A stretch of 16,186 bases of DNA from an uncultured delta proteobacterium (GTDB taxonomy: Bacteria; Desulfobacterota; Binatia; Binatales; Binataceae). This document shows positions 7,803-16,180 of this stretch, piece after piece; positions within the stretch are counted from its first letter, which is position 1; the number at the start of each line of letters is the position of its first letter. Location of the stretch: NCBI GenBank assembly GCA_963765675.1, contig CAVXXK010000002.1:1-16186 (forward strand), given 5' to 3'. The notes under the pieces are model-generated. The model ran no database searches, was not told the DNA's origin, and worked only from the letters and a program-made list of their open reading frames with translations. A program made the position numbers and the translations under genes.

Positions 7803-9295
7803 ATGGGCAAAGTGACCGACATCGCGCGCGCCGCAGCGCTACCAAAACGAGAGCCTCCACAGCCGCTCGTCCGCGAAGTTCCGCCGGGCGAACCGTTCCC
7901 GACTGAGGCACTACCTGGACTGTTGGGCGACACGGTTCGTGCTGCTTGCGAGCGCACTCAGGCTCCTCTGTCGCTGTGTGCGCAGTCTCTTATGGCAACC
8001 ACGGCGCTGGTGGTTCAAGCGCAGGGAAACGTTGAACTGCCGACCGGCGCCGTGAAACCGATCAGCGAATATTTCGGAACCATTGCAGCGACCGGCGAAC
8101 GCAAGACCTCGGCCGATGACTGGGTGTCGCAGGCGATCAAGGAACGCGAGCTAGAGCTCGATATAACCTATCGCATCGAGCTTGTTCTGTATCAGAATCG
8201 ACTGGCGGCCTATGAGCGCCAGCGACATCAGGTTCTCTCAAACCGAAAGAGCAATCCGGACCTTTCATCGAAAGAGCAGGCGCTTGCCAAACTCGGCCCC
8301 CCTCCGACGCCGCCGATGAGCCCTTTGCTCACGGTTCCTGAACCGACATTTGAGGGCTTGACGCGATTTCTTAAGGATGGGCAGCCGAGTGTTGGGCTTT
8401 TCTCGACAGAAGGTGGGCAGTTTATCGGCGGTCATGCCATGAGCGAGGAGAACCGCCTCAAGACGGCCGCAGGCTTTTCGCGACTATGGGACGACGGCGA
8501 AGCTCGTCGATCACGGCAAGGTGAAGGCACCTACGTCGTTAGAGGGCGCCGCGTCTCAATGCATCTGCAGGTTCAGCCGGACGCTGCCGCAAGGTTCTTT
8601 GCGGATCTGGTCCTACAGGATCAGGGCCTGCTCTCGCGCTTTCTGACGGTCTGGCCTGTCAGCACTATAGGTTACCGCAAATCACGCAAACCCAGCGATC
8701 AGAGCGCGGCAATTCTTGACCAGTATCGCCAGCGGGCGCTTGCGATTCTCCGATCGCAGCCACCTCTTATAGGTAATGAACTCCGGCGCCGACTTTGAGG
8801 CTCAACCCTGGCGCGACCGAGTTATGGGTGCAGTTCTACGATTGGACGGAAGCTCAGCTTCGCCCTGGCGGTCCGCTCGAGCCCGCGACGGGCTTAGCCA
8901 ACAAGGCACCCGAACACGCAACGCGACTCGCGGCGATTCTGACTCTGTTTGTGGACCTGGATGCGCGGGAAATCGACGAGGCAAAGATGCTGAACGGCAT
9001 CACGCTGGCGCGGTTCTACCTGAGCGAAGCAATCCGAATCGTGAGTCTCACAAAAGTTGATCCGGATCTCGTGCTCGCGAAAAGGCTTGTGGCGTGGCTG
9101 CGCGATTCGTGGAAGGAACCCAACGGCTTAATCTCGCTGCCCGACATTTATCAGCGGTCGTTGAACGCGATCGGGGACAAGGCCACCGCGTCGAGAATTG
9201 TTGACATCTTAGCTGGGCATGGCTGGCTGCAGCCGCTCGGTCCCGATGAAGTGAACGGAATACGCCGACAGCAAGTGTGGAGGATTGTGCGATGA
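7803..9295 (+). CDS. DUF3987/YfjI-family putative replication protein (helicase-like), frameshift at ~8785
   Basis: Motifs FPTEALP, TIAATGERKTSAD (P-loop-like), EPTFEGL, LWDDG, QVQP, QGLLSRFL. Continues in the 8795-9295 frame with KAPEHATRLAAIL and a wHTH-like C-terminus. Confidence 0.85.
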
Positions 9296-9873
9296 AACCT
9301 TTACCGAAATTCGACCCGAACGCGAGTTCGGAATCTCAAAAAAAGGAAGGAAAAATGGACTTACGGCAGACAGAAACCCAGTCGAGCCCGGCGATCGTGG
9401 ACGCGGCCATCACGGAACAGCCGGCGGCTAGGCCCGACCGGAAACCGCGAACTCGGATCCAGCATGAGCGGAGCCAGTTCGTGCACGCGACCAACACCTA
9501 TCGCCGTGCGCTGGGCGCCGAGTTTGACGCGCCCGATCTGCTCCGTCTGACAGATGTCAACGAGGTCAGTCAGGACGAGTTCGCGGCAATTCGCGATCGC
9601 GTAGCCGCAGCGCTCGTCCTCGGTGTAGAGGGGATCGGAAAGTCCAAAGTTCCGTCGCTCGACGTTGAGCTTGAGAACTTCGAACTCTGGCAGCACCAAC
9701 GTGTGTCTTACTTTCACTGGGACGAGGCTGCGCTCGAAGCCCTTCGGCGGAAACTCGAACAGCTCGGGCCGGGGTGCGAACTCATTCCGTGTTTCGCGAT
9801 GAGCGTTCAAGTGAAGCTCCCCAGCGGCAAATTGATCTTAATCAATCGCCGCGGCGAGCAAACGAAAAGCTGA
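9292..9873 (+). CDS. Hypothetical protein (193 aa)
   Basis: ATGA overlap with the upstream stop; GGAGG at 9279-9283. Confidence 0.7.
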   Translation: MKPLPKFDPNASSESQKKEGKMDLRQTETQSSPAIVDAAITEQPAARPDRKPRTRIQHERSQFVHATNTYRRALGAEFDAPDLLRLTDVNEVSQDEFAAIRDRVAAALVLGVEGIGKSKVPSLDVELENFELWQHQRVSYFHWDEAALEALRRKLEQLGPGCELIPCFAMSVQVKLPSGKLILINRRGEQTKS

Positions 9874-9929
9874 AAAAGGACAGCCGCAGCGTTGGCGCGC
9901 TACGGCCGGAGAGCGAGAGCGAGAGCGAG

Positions 9930-10664
9930 ATGAGTGCAATAAGTCTAAACGATAGCTTGCGTGCCTATCGGAATGATCTGCGCGGCGAGCTGAACGCGCT
10001 CGCCAATCGAAACCTGGTACGTCTCAATGGGATCGGCGACCTTACGATAGATCCGCTCGTGATCGGAGTCCCCCTTGCCGACGGATGGCACTGCCTTATG
10101 CCGCGTTCGGTCTTCAATGACTTGGTGGATCACGAGAGACGTTTCGGGCGCATATCACGCATTGCAGATGAGGACCGCGTGCTCTCGGGCATCGATCTGT
10201 TGCACGACAACAGTTGGCCGTTCTGCCGCGACTGCCTGCTGCCGTTCGTGACCATGCTGAACGGACATCCGGGCTGCGGTGACTGGGTGAATCGAATCGA
10301 GGACGGCGCGGAACTTTGCGAATGCTGTTGGCTAGCGGAACACTACGCCGGTGATCGTCGCAAGATGATCGAGCACGCCTTGCGATGCGACGTGGGTGAC
10401 GACTCGCGACTCGTCCGCGTAGAACTACGCCGCGGGCGGGATCGCGACGGCATCATTGAAAGGTTGCAGCGATCCTATTGGCGATCTCCGGGGCTGCGCG
10501 AGCTGCTCCGTCTGCATCGCGTCAGCATGGCGGAATCGGCCGGCGTGATCCTGCGCATGCTCGAGGCGCTCATTGTTGAGGTGAAGGCCAAGGAAGGTGA
10601 GCGGAACTCGCGAGCGGAAGCGGCGCGACGCGCCATTTGGCGCGATGAGCGAGTCTCAGCATGA
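9930..10664 (+). CDS. Hypothetical protein with Cys cluster, possible Zn binding (244 aa)
   Basis: FCRDC...HPGCG...LCECCW motifs; co-directional with neighbours; stop overlaps the next ATG. Confidence 0.65.
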   Translation: MSAISLNDSLRAYRNDLRGELNALANRNLVRLNGIGDLTIDPLVIGVPLADGWHCLMPRSVFNDLVDHERRFGRISRIADEDRVLSGIDLLHDNSWPFCRDCLLPFVTMLNGHPGCGDWVNRIEDGAELCECCWLAEHYAGDRRKMIEHALRCDVGDDSRLVRVELRRGRDRDGIIERLQRSYWRSPGLRELLRLHRVSMAESAGVILRMLEALIVEVKAKEGERNSRAEAARRAIWRDERVSA

Positions 10665-10897
10665 CACCTGAAAAAAAAACAGGCACGCGGCGGATATGTT
10701 TCTGTTTATCGCGTATGGCAAGCAATCAAACCGATACGGGCCTGTTTCTCTCGATTCCGGCTGCGGCGCGAGAGTTGGGCGTGAGCATCAGGCGGCTGAC
10801 GCTTGCGATCGACTTGCGGCAGGTGCCGGCGATAGTGCTCGGCCGCCGCAAGGTAGTGCCGCGCGCTGCGATAGAGAAGCTCGCGCGATTGGACTGA
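10661..10897 (+). CDS. Excisionase-like HTH_17 DNA-binding protein
   Basis: LSIPAAARELGVSIRRLTLAIDLRQVPAIVLGRRKVVPRAAIEKL. Alternative start ATG 10715. Confidence 0.8.
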   Translation: MTPEKKTGTRRICFCLSRMASNQTDTGLFLSIPAAARELGVSIRRLTLAIDLRQVPAIVLGRRKVVPRAAIEKLARLD

Positions 10898-10918
10898 AAA
10901 AAAAAGGACTGCGGGGCA

Positions 10919-11530
10919 ATGATGAACGACCTAGATTTTGACCTGGCAAAACATTTCGGCACGGCCGTCGATCGCATCGACGCTCGCGAGGTGGACGAGA
11001 TATTGGCGCCCGACCTTCGCGAAAGCATCTTCGCTCAACCGCGCGCTGCCCTGTATGCGCGAGTGCAGGATGACTTGTGCGACTTTCGGCTTGATCGGAT
11101 ACCGGCGGCGCTGGCGGACTACCGGCTGGCTCTGCGCGAGAGAATGACCTTTGAGCGAACGCGGGGATCGCTGAAGCCGCCATCCACGCCGATCGATGAG
11201 GTCAAGCGCGTGGCTGAAACGGGCTACTTCGAAAAGTACCTGGTCAATGGCTTCGAGCTCCGCACGCTCGCCGACTGGCTTGAGCCTGGTGAGCGGATCG
11301 ACATTCACGCGCCCGCGTTTCGGCTGATCAAAACAGACCGGCGCGAAATCGTACGCGGCGGTGACTTTTTCGATCAGGGGCGCCCGGTCGGTTATACGAA
11401 GGAATTCTGGTTGAAAAAATGCACGCCGGCGCACCTGCTGGCCGAAGCGGAAGAAAAGCTAAAACGAGAGGAACGCGAAGCCGCTCGTCCGTTCAGCGAT
11501 TTCGCGGGTCCGAACGTGAGGCCGCGATGA
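10919..11530 (+). CDS. Hypothetical protein (203 aa)
   Basis: Long ORF in the operon direction with protein-like composition; ATGA overlap with the next gene. Confidence 0.7.
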   Translation: MMNDLDFDLAKHFGTAVDRIDAREVDEILAPDLRESIFAQPRAALYARVQDDLCDFRLDRIPAALADYRLALRERMTFERTRGSLKPPSTPIDEVKRVAETGYFEKYLVNGFELRTLADWLEPGERIDIHAPAFRLIKTDRREIVRGGDFFDQGRPVGYTKEFWLKKCTPAHLLAEAEEKLKREEREAARPFSDFAGPNVRPR

Positions 11531-11974
11531 TTGGAACGCAGGTCGGCGGCCTTCCGATCGAGCTTTTTGATCGGCAGGGGAATTTTTCAAGAAACGTGCG
11601 CGAGGGGAGAGATATGCCTCTATACAAAATTGAAACTGTGTCCGCCATCACCCAGGCGATGGGCGGAGATCCCGAGGCGGCCGTGTCGCTGGCGATCCGC
11701 ACGCTCGGCAGAGGTATGGCCGGCGTTCCGCTGACGCTGGCAGGCCGACAGGCGCTCGCCGTTCCCGGACGCAAAGCGCATCCCCGGCGATACCGGGCTT
11801 GCCGGCGGGCATGACGACGTTGACGACGAAACCGACGATCCTGGACTTGCCGATTTCGACGCGAACCTCGACACCGTGGAGCGCGTGCGGCGCAAAAAAG
11901 CACGCGACGCTGCGAAGCGTGAGGCTGCGAAACGCGCGAGCCCCATCGGCATCGTGTTTCCGAAACGGGTTTAA
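11527..11974 (+). CDS. Hypothetical protein, probably frameshifted near 11740, with acidic then basic C-terminus
   Basis: MIGTQVGGLPIELF...AVSLAIRTLG in one frame; ...HDDVDDETDDPGLADFDANLDTVERVRRKKARDAAKREAAKR...FPKRV* (TAA 11972-11974) in another. Confidence 0.45.
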
Positions 11975-12146
11975 GGATGAAAAAGTTTGCCGAGGCGCGG
12001 GCGACATCTCCGCTCGCGAAAGCCTGGCGCGGCGTCGCTTCCACGTCGGGTCCCCTCGGCAAGGCCGGGCAGCGCGTTGCTTGACCGTGGCGCGTGGGGG
12101 CGGGTCTTCCTCGTTCCGCCCGCCTCCAGCCCGGCGATTTTGATCC

Positions 12147-12534
12147 ATGAGTGACGATCTCACACCGCGCCCGAAATTCGCGCCCTCGCCAGTCGAGCGG
12201 CGGCGGCGGCGGGATATTCAAATCCAGCGCATTGTCAGGCAGATTCGCCGAAACGCACCGTGGACTGAGGGGATCGCCTACACTCCACTTTTACGGCGCT
12301 TCGCTGAACTCTCTCTCTTGGCCGAACGCGCCTACGCCACGCTTCGGGACGCCAACCTACTTAATGGACAGGGCGAGCTGAGATCTTCCCTAACTACCTA
12401 CCGCCAAATCTGTGAGACATCGCGGTCGCTCGCGCGGAACTCGGCCTCTCCCCAACTGTCGCGGAGACGCTTGCACCGCGCGCGAAAATCCTCGATCTGG
12501 AAAGCATTCGAAATGTCAGCGAAAAAGACGAGTA
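12147..12534 (+). CDS. terS: Terminase small subunit, P27-like; frameshift at GG 12436-12437, end uncertain
   Basis: Helical core LLRRFAELSLLAERAYATL...SLTTYRQICETSRSLAR. Adding one G gives ELGLSP, the LGL(T/S)P motif. Lies directly upstream of TerL. Confidence 0.65.
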
Positions 12535-14023
12535 TCTTGTCGGGTTCGCCGAACGGATCCTCTGCGCTGATCTGTGGGACACGCAGCGTGAGATTCTGAA
12601 CGCGATCGAAACCGAGCGACAGGTGGCGATCGCAGCCTGCCACGCATCGGGCAAGAGCTACGTCGCGGCCTGTGCTGCGATAGGGTTTGCGGCGCGATAC
12701 GAGGATGCGCGAGTCATAACGATCGCCCCGGGCTGGTTGGGCGTAAGAACGGTCCTATGGAGCGAAATCCATTCCCTGATCGAGCGCGCAAAGTACAAGC
12801 TACCCACCGTCATCAGCAATCAGACGGAGATTCGCCTCGGCACCCGCAACTTGATCCTCGGCTTGTCCGCATCGGACAGTGCCCGGCTCCAGGGCCACCA
12901 CGCCGAAAATGTTCTCATAATCGTTGACGAAGCTGCGGGCATCGATGAATCCTTTGGCCATCCATTCACGGTATTTTAGCCGGCGGCCACGCGCGGCTCC
13001 TGTTGCTCGGCAATCCGACGACGACGAGCGGCACTTTTTATGATTGCTTCGGCCGTGGCCGGGCCGCATGGCGCACGTTCACGATCAGCGGGTTCGACAC
13101 GCCCAACCTACGGGGCGTAAGTCTTGAACGATTGCTCGTAATGTCAGATGCCGATCTCGACACGAACGAGCGCGGGTACCTAATCACGCGCCGATGGATC
13201 CGCGAGCGGTACGCCGAGTGGTACAACGCGGTTGACGAGAATTCGCCTCTGCTGGCAGTGGTGGGTACTCGGAATTTTCCCATGTGAGTCATCGAATGCG
13301 TTGATCCCGCTGTCCGCGCTCGAGGCGGCCCGCAAGCCAGCCGACGACAGGGGCGGTGACGTCACGATCGGCATCGACATTGCCGGACCGGGGTAAGGAT
13401 CGCACAGTCGCGATAGCTTGCTGCGGGTGCGCGATCCTAGAGACAGGTATTTGGACTGGCGATAGCTATGGCCCCATCCTCGCGTTCATTCGCCGCTGGG
13501 CATCGCGTGCGAAAGTAGTGAACTGCGACTCCACCGGCCTTGGCTGGGGCATCGTTCAACGTCTCATAGCCGAACGCTTAGGTGTTCGCGTCGTCGGCCT
13601 CAATGCAGCGAGCAAGGCGCAAGAGTCTGAGCGTTTCGCGAACGATAAGGGAGCGCGGTACTGGTATCTACGCGAGCGCTTCACGCGCGGCGAAGTCAGT
13701 GGCGCAAGCGACGAACTGGTCGCAGAGCTAAGCGCCATTAACTACACTATTACCCCGGATGGCCTGGCACCGCGATCGAGGATAAAGCGAGCGTCAGGTC
13801 GGCGCTCGGGAAGAGTCCTGATCTCGCTGAGGCGCTCATGCTCGCGATGGGCGAGGCGCCCCAGGAGCCTTGGGTCTTCATCCCGCTGCCCGGCAGCTCC
13901 ACGCCCTACGTCGGCTCTAGCGAGCTGGAAAAACAGCAGAGGATCGATGCGGCTGAAGACGCGCGCGAGCGCTTTTCGCGCCAGCACATGCGGGGAAGGC
14001 ACGGAAAATGGTCGGGTTATTGA
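12513..14023 (+). CDS. terL: Terminase large subunit, split by 4-5 single-base frameshifts
   Basis: Stitched across frames: LWDTQREI (Q motif), ACHASGKS (Walker A), LQGHH...IIVDEA (Walker B), LLGNP (coupling motif), IGIDIA and NCDSTGLG (RNase H-like nuclease), SPDLAEALMLA. Shifts at ~12533, 12953-12955, ~13251, 13390-13393 and ~13765. Confidence 0.9.
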
Positions 14024-14205
14024 AAGGGATACGCCTCGATCGCCGGCGTCTGGTCACGCGCGAGATCTGCCCGAAATGCGAGATCGAGCCACGCCTCATT
14101 CCCGAATTCCAATGCGGGATCGCGGATTGTCCGGGCAGGACGGTGAAAATCACCAGAAGTTACCAGGCCTGGTTTGCGCGGAAAAAGGGAACAGCAAATG
14201 GCTAA
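14020..14205 (+). CDS. Small Cys-rich protein, possible zinc ribbon
   Basis: CPKC...CGIADC. TTG start overlaps the TerL TGA and the stop overlaps the next gene. Confidence 0.5.
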   Translation: MKGIRLDRRRLVTREICPKCEIEPRLIPEFQCGIADCPGRTVKITRSYQAWFARKKGTANG

Positions 14206-14446
14206 ACTTTTTGTCGGAAACCTAAGGTACGAAATGACCGAGCGGGAACTCCGGGACCTATTTTCGCCTTATGATTGCAGCGAGGCGACGATCGTGTTTG
14301 ATCCCCACACGCGCGACTCGCGGGGCTTCGGCTACGTCGTAGTCGCGGACGTAAAAGCAATTAGCGATCTCGACGGCCAGCAGGTCAATGGCCGGCGCCT
14401 GCACGTCGAAGCGGCGCGGCCAGAAACCCCCGAAGGCCGAGGTTGA
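14198..14446 (+). CDS. Single-domain RRM (RNP-1) RNA-binding protein (82 aa)
   Basis: RNP2 LFVGNL, RNP1 RGFGYVVV, C-terminal LDGQQVNGRRLHVEAARP; AAGGGA RBS. Confidence 0.93.
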   Translation: MAKLFVGNLRYEMTERELRDLFSPYDCSEATIVFDPHTRDSRGFGYVVVADVKAISDLDGQQVNGRRLHVEAARPETPEGRG

Positions 14447-14470
14447 GTTCGAGCGGAGACGATCGAAAAA

Positions 14471-14714
14471 ATGACACGATTATTTGTGGGACGCCTGCAG
14501 GACGGGACGACTGAGGTTGATCTGCGCGCGCTGTTCGCCAAGTATCGATGCACCTCGGCGGAAATCGCTGTCGATCGCTGGACGCGCGAGCCGCGCGGAT
14601 TCGGCTTCGTCGAGATCGAGGGAGTTTGCCGCCGCGATTCAGGATTTGCATGGCGCGAAAATTCGCGGCGAGCGCATCGTGGTGAAACTCGCGACGCCGC
14701 GGCAACCGTATTAG
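14471..14714 (+). CDS. Second RRM RNA-binding protein; one extra G at 14620-14622
   Basis: RNP2 LFVGRL and RNP1 RGFGFVEI. Removing one G continues EEFAAAIQDLHGAKIRGERIVVKLATPRQPY*. Confidence 0.88.
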
Positions 14715-14740
14715 GTTCCGCCAATCCTTGAAGTCTGTTC

Positions 14741-14775
14741 TGGCCCGGCACCTTCCCGAGGGGGGGCGCGGGTCA
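14741..14775. terminator. GC-rich imperfect hairpin between convergent genes
   Basis: TGGCCCG...CGGGTCA outer stem and CCTTCC/GGGGGG inner stem; no clear U tract. Confidence 0.3.
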
Positions 14776-15012
14776 GCACCGGGCCGGATCAGTGGGAGGA
14801 CGAATTGACGTTACCGGTGCTCGCCTGCCGCCCAGCGCGATGGTGCTCTCGCTCATCCAGCGTTCAATCGCGGCGCGATCGAATCGCCACAGATCGCCGA
14901 CCCGCATGGCGGGAATCTGCGATGTGCTGGCTGATCGGTAGATCGAACTGACGTTGCAACGCCACGCCGCCGCCAGTTCAGCGACCGTCAGAAGCTCGCC
15001 CAGCCTTTCCAT
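14773..15012 (-). CDS. Excisionase-like HTH_17 DNA-binding protein (79 aa)
   Basis: LLTVAELAAAWRCNVSSIYRSASTSQIPAMRVGDLWRFDRAAIERW. Start placed at ATG 15012. Confidence 0.85.
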   Translation of the reverse strand: MERLGELLTVAELAAAWRCNVSSIYRSASTSQIPAMRVGDLWRFDRAAIERWMSESTIALGGRRAPVTSIRPPTDPARC

Positions 15013-15116
15013 ACATGCCGCTCCCGCCGCCGGCGATGCCTGGTTCTCAACACCGCTCCCGCCGCGATTCCTGCGCCAAAGCTGATCACCGCGATCGCGA
15101 TCAAAACGGGATCCAT
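14988..15116 (-). CDS. Small single-pass membrane protein (42 aa)
   Basis: MDPVLIAIAVISFGAGIAAGAVL followed by RTRHRRRRER; overlaps both neighbours. Confidence 0.5.
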   Translation of the reverse strand: MDPVLIAIAVISFGAGIAAGAVLRTRHRRRRERHVWKGWASF

Positions 15117-15220
15117 CGCAACCCCATCCGACGCGCCGTAACGAGCATCTTCTCGAGCCGACGAATTTCCGCCCGATCCCGTCGCCGTTGCGCACGGCGC
15201 CGATTGCTGGTTCGCCTCAT
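15101..15220 (-). CDS. Small Arg-rich peptide (39 aa)
   Basis: MRRTSNRRRAQRRRDRAEIRRLEKMLVTARRMGLRWIPF; ATGA overlap with the upstream stop. Confidence 0.4.
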   Translation of the reverse strand: MRRTSNRRRAQRRRDRAEIRRLEKMLVTARRMGLRWIPF

Positions 15221-15369
15221 CGCCGTCGAATCCCGACCACATGCAGAACGCCATCAACGACGCGACGCCTGCGGCCTAGCGCGACCCATTCCATTGCAAA
15301 ATCCCACACGATCGAAAGCGCGACCAACACCAGCGCGGCGACGATCCAGGACCATCTGGTCGCCATCAT
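15217..15369 (-). CDS. Small single-pass membrane protein (50 aa)
   Basis: MMATRWSWIVAALVLVALSIVWDFAMEWVALGRRRRVVDGVLHVVGIRRR; starts 3 nt after the upstream stop. Confidence 0.5.
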   Translation of the reverse strand: MMATRWSWIVAALVLVALSIVWDFAMEWVALGRRRRVVDGVLHVVGIRRR

Positions 15370-15372
15370 ATC

Positions 15373-15579
15373 TCACATCTTCGACGCGCCGGTATCGCAT
15401 CGATCTGATCGTGCAGCGGATGGCGCACCGGCCAGCCGGAGATCGGGCCGCCGGGCGGCGGCGATGCTTTTCTGCAGCACGACGGCCAGAGCGTCGGCCA
15501 GCTCGGCAAAAAAAAGGCCGTCCGTTTCCAGTTCATGCGCGACGCGCGCGACCAAAGCCTGACGCTCGGGGTTTTCCAT
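15373..15579 (-). CDS. Hypothetical protein (68 aa)
   Basis: Strong RBS GGAGG 8 nt before ATG 15579; MENPERQALVARVAHELETDGLFFAELADAL. Confidence 0.6.
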   Translation of the reverse strand: MENPERQALVARVAHELETDGLFFAELADALAVVLQKSIAAARRPDLRLAGAPSAARSDRCDTGASKM

Positions 15580-15697
15580 TACCTTTTCCTCCGCGGTTCG
15601 TTTTTGACCCGCCGTGCGGGGTGGTAGTTGCTTGCTTACATACGCTTTTACAGATGCGTGTGTCAAACGCTTCTATTGAAGCATATTTGAAGGGCTT

Positions 15698-15735
15698 TTG
15701 GCGGATGCCGCGGCATCGGCTACATTGTGCCGATG
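15698..15735 (+). promoter_or_regulatory. Leaderless sigma70-like promoter with overlapping palindromic operators
   Basis: TTGGCG (15698), 17 nt, TACATT (15721), 6 nt, ATG 15733. Perfect palindrome GATGCCGCGGCATC (15704-15717). Inverted repeat CATCGGC-N8-GCCGATG (15714-15735). Confidence 0.55.
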
Positions 15736-15912
15736 GTCGAACTGAGCGAGCACCTGCGGCGGGCCAGGCGGGCTAGGTGGAAGGGCAAAACCGCGGAGGA
15801 AAAGTCAGCCACGGCATCACATGCCGCGAAGGCTTACTGGGACAAGTTGTCTCCCGAAGAGCGCTCCGCCGAGATGCGTCGCCGGGCAAAGAAGCGGAAG
15901 CGATCGAGCTGA
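15733..15912 (+). CDS. Small basic protein with internal ~20-aa repeat, likely nucleic-acid binding (59 aa)
   Basis: ARWKGKTAEEKSATASHAA / AYWDKLSPEERSAEMRRRA repeat units. Confidence 0.7.
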   Translation: MVELSEHLRRARRARWKGKTAEEKSATASHAAKAYWDKLSPEERSAEMRRRAKKRKRSS

Positions 15913-16076
15913 CGGCAGGCTTCACGCCGTTAGGTCGGGAAATGCGATCCCCAGTGGCAGCTCAGGTTTGCGCCGACGCTGGTATTACTCGCGCCTTGCT
16001 CTTGACCCCAAGGCGCATAAGCCGCGCGTTCGCCTCGAGCGCGGGTCGGCCGTGCCGCGTTGCGCGTGACGTCCAC

Positions 16077-16180
16077 CTTCCACCCGCCTTCCACTCCGTG
16101 CTTTTACACCGTAACCCACCATAACAGAAACCCTTATATTCCCTAGCAGGGTAACCCACCGTAGCCCTACAAAACCCACC
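16077..16180 (+). repeat. Candidate right att arm: CTTCCAC x2 plus 10-bp-phased GTAACCCACC-like units
   Basis: CTTCCAC at 16077 and 16088; GTAACCCACC at 16111 and 16151; GTAGCCCTAC at 16161; AAAACCCACC at 16171. Confidence 0.6.

Noticed and set aside
7314-8798. 494-aa ORF as a single protein
   Set aside because: It is an artefactual join of intergenic DNA, a frameshifted HTH gene and the DUF3987 gene that starts at ATG 7803.
9909-9930. (GAGAGC)n tandem repeat before ATG 9930 as a phase-variation tract
   Set aside because: Fewer than four units, and the 6-bp unit preserves frame; no support for a function.
13770-14225. C-terminal part of track ORF 13356-14225
   Set aside because: It is out of frame; the terminase motif SPDLAEAL lies in the frame ending at 14023.
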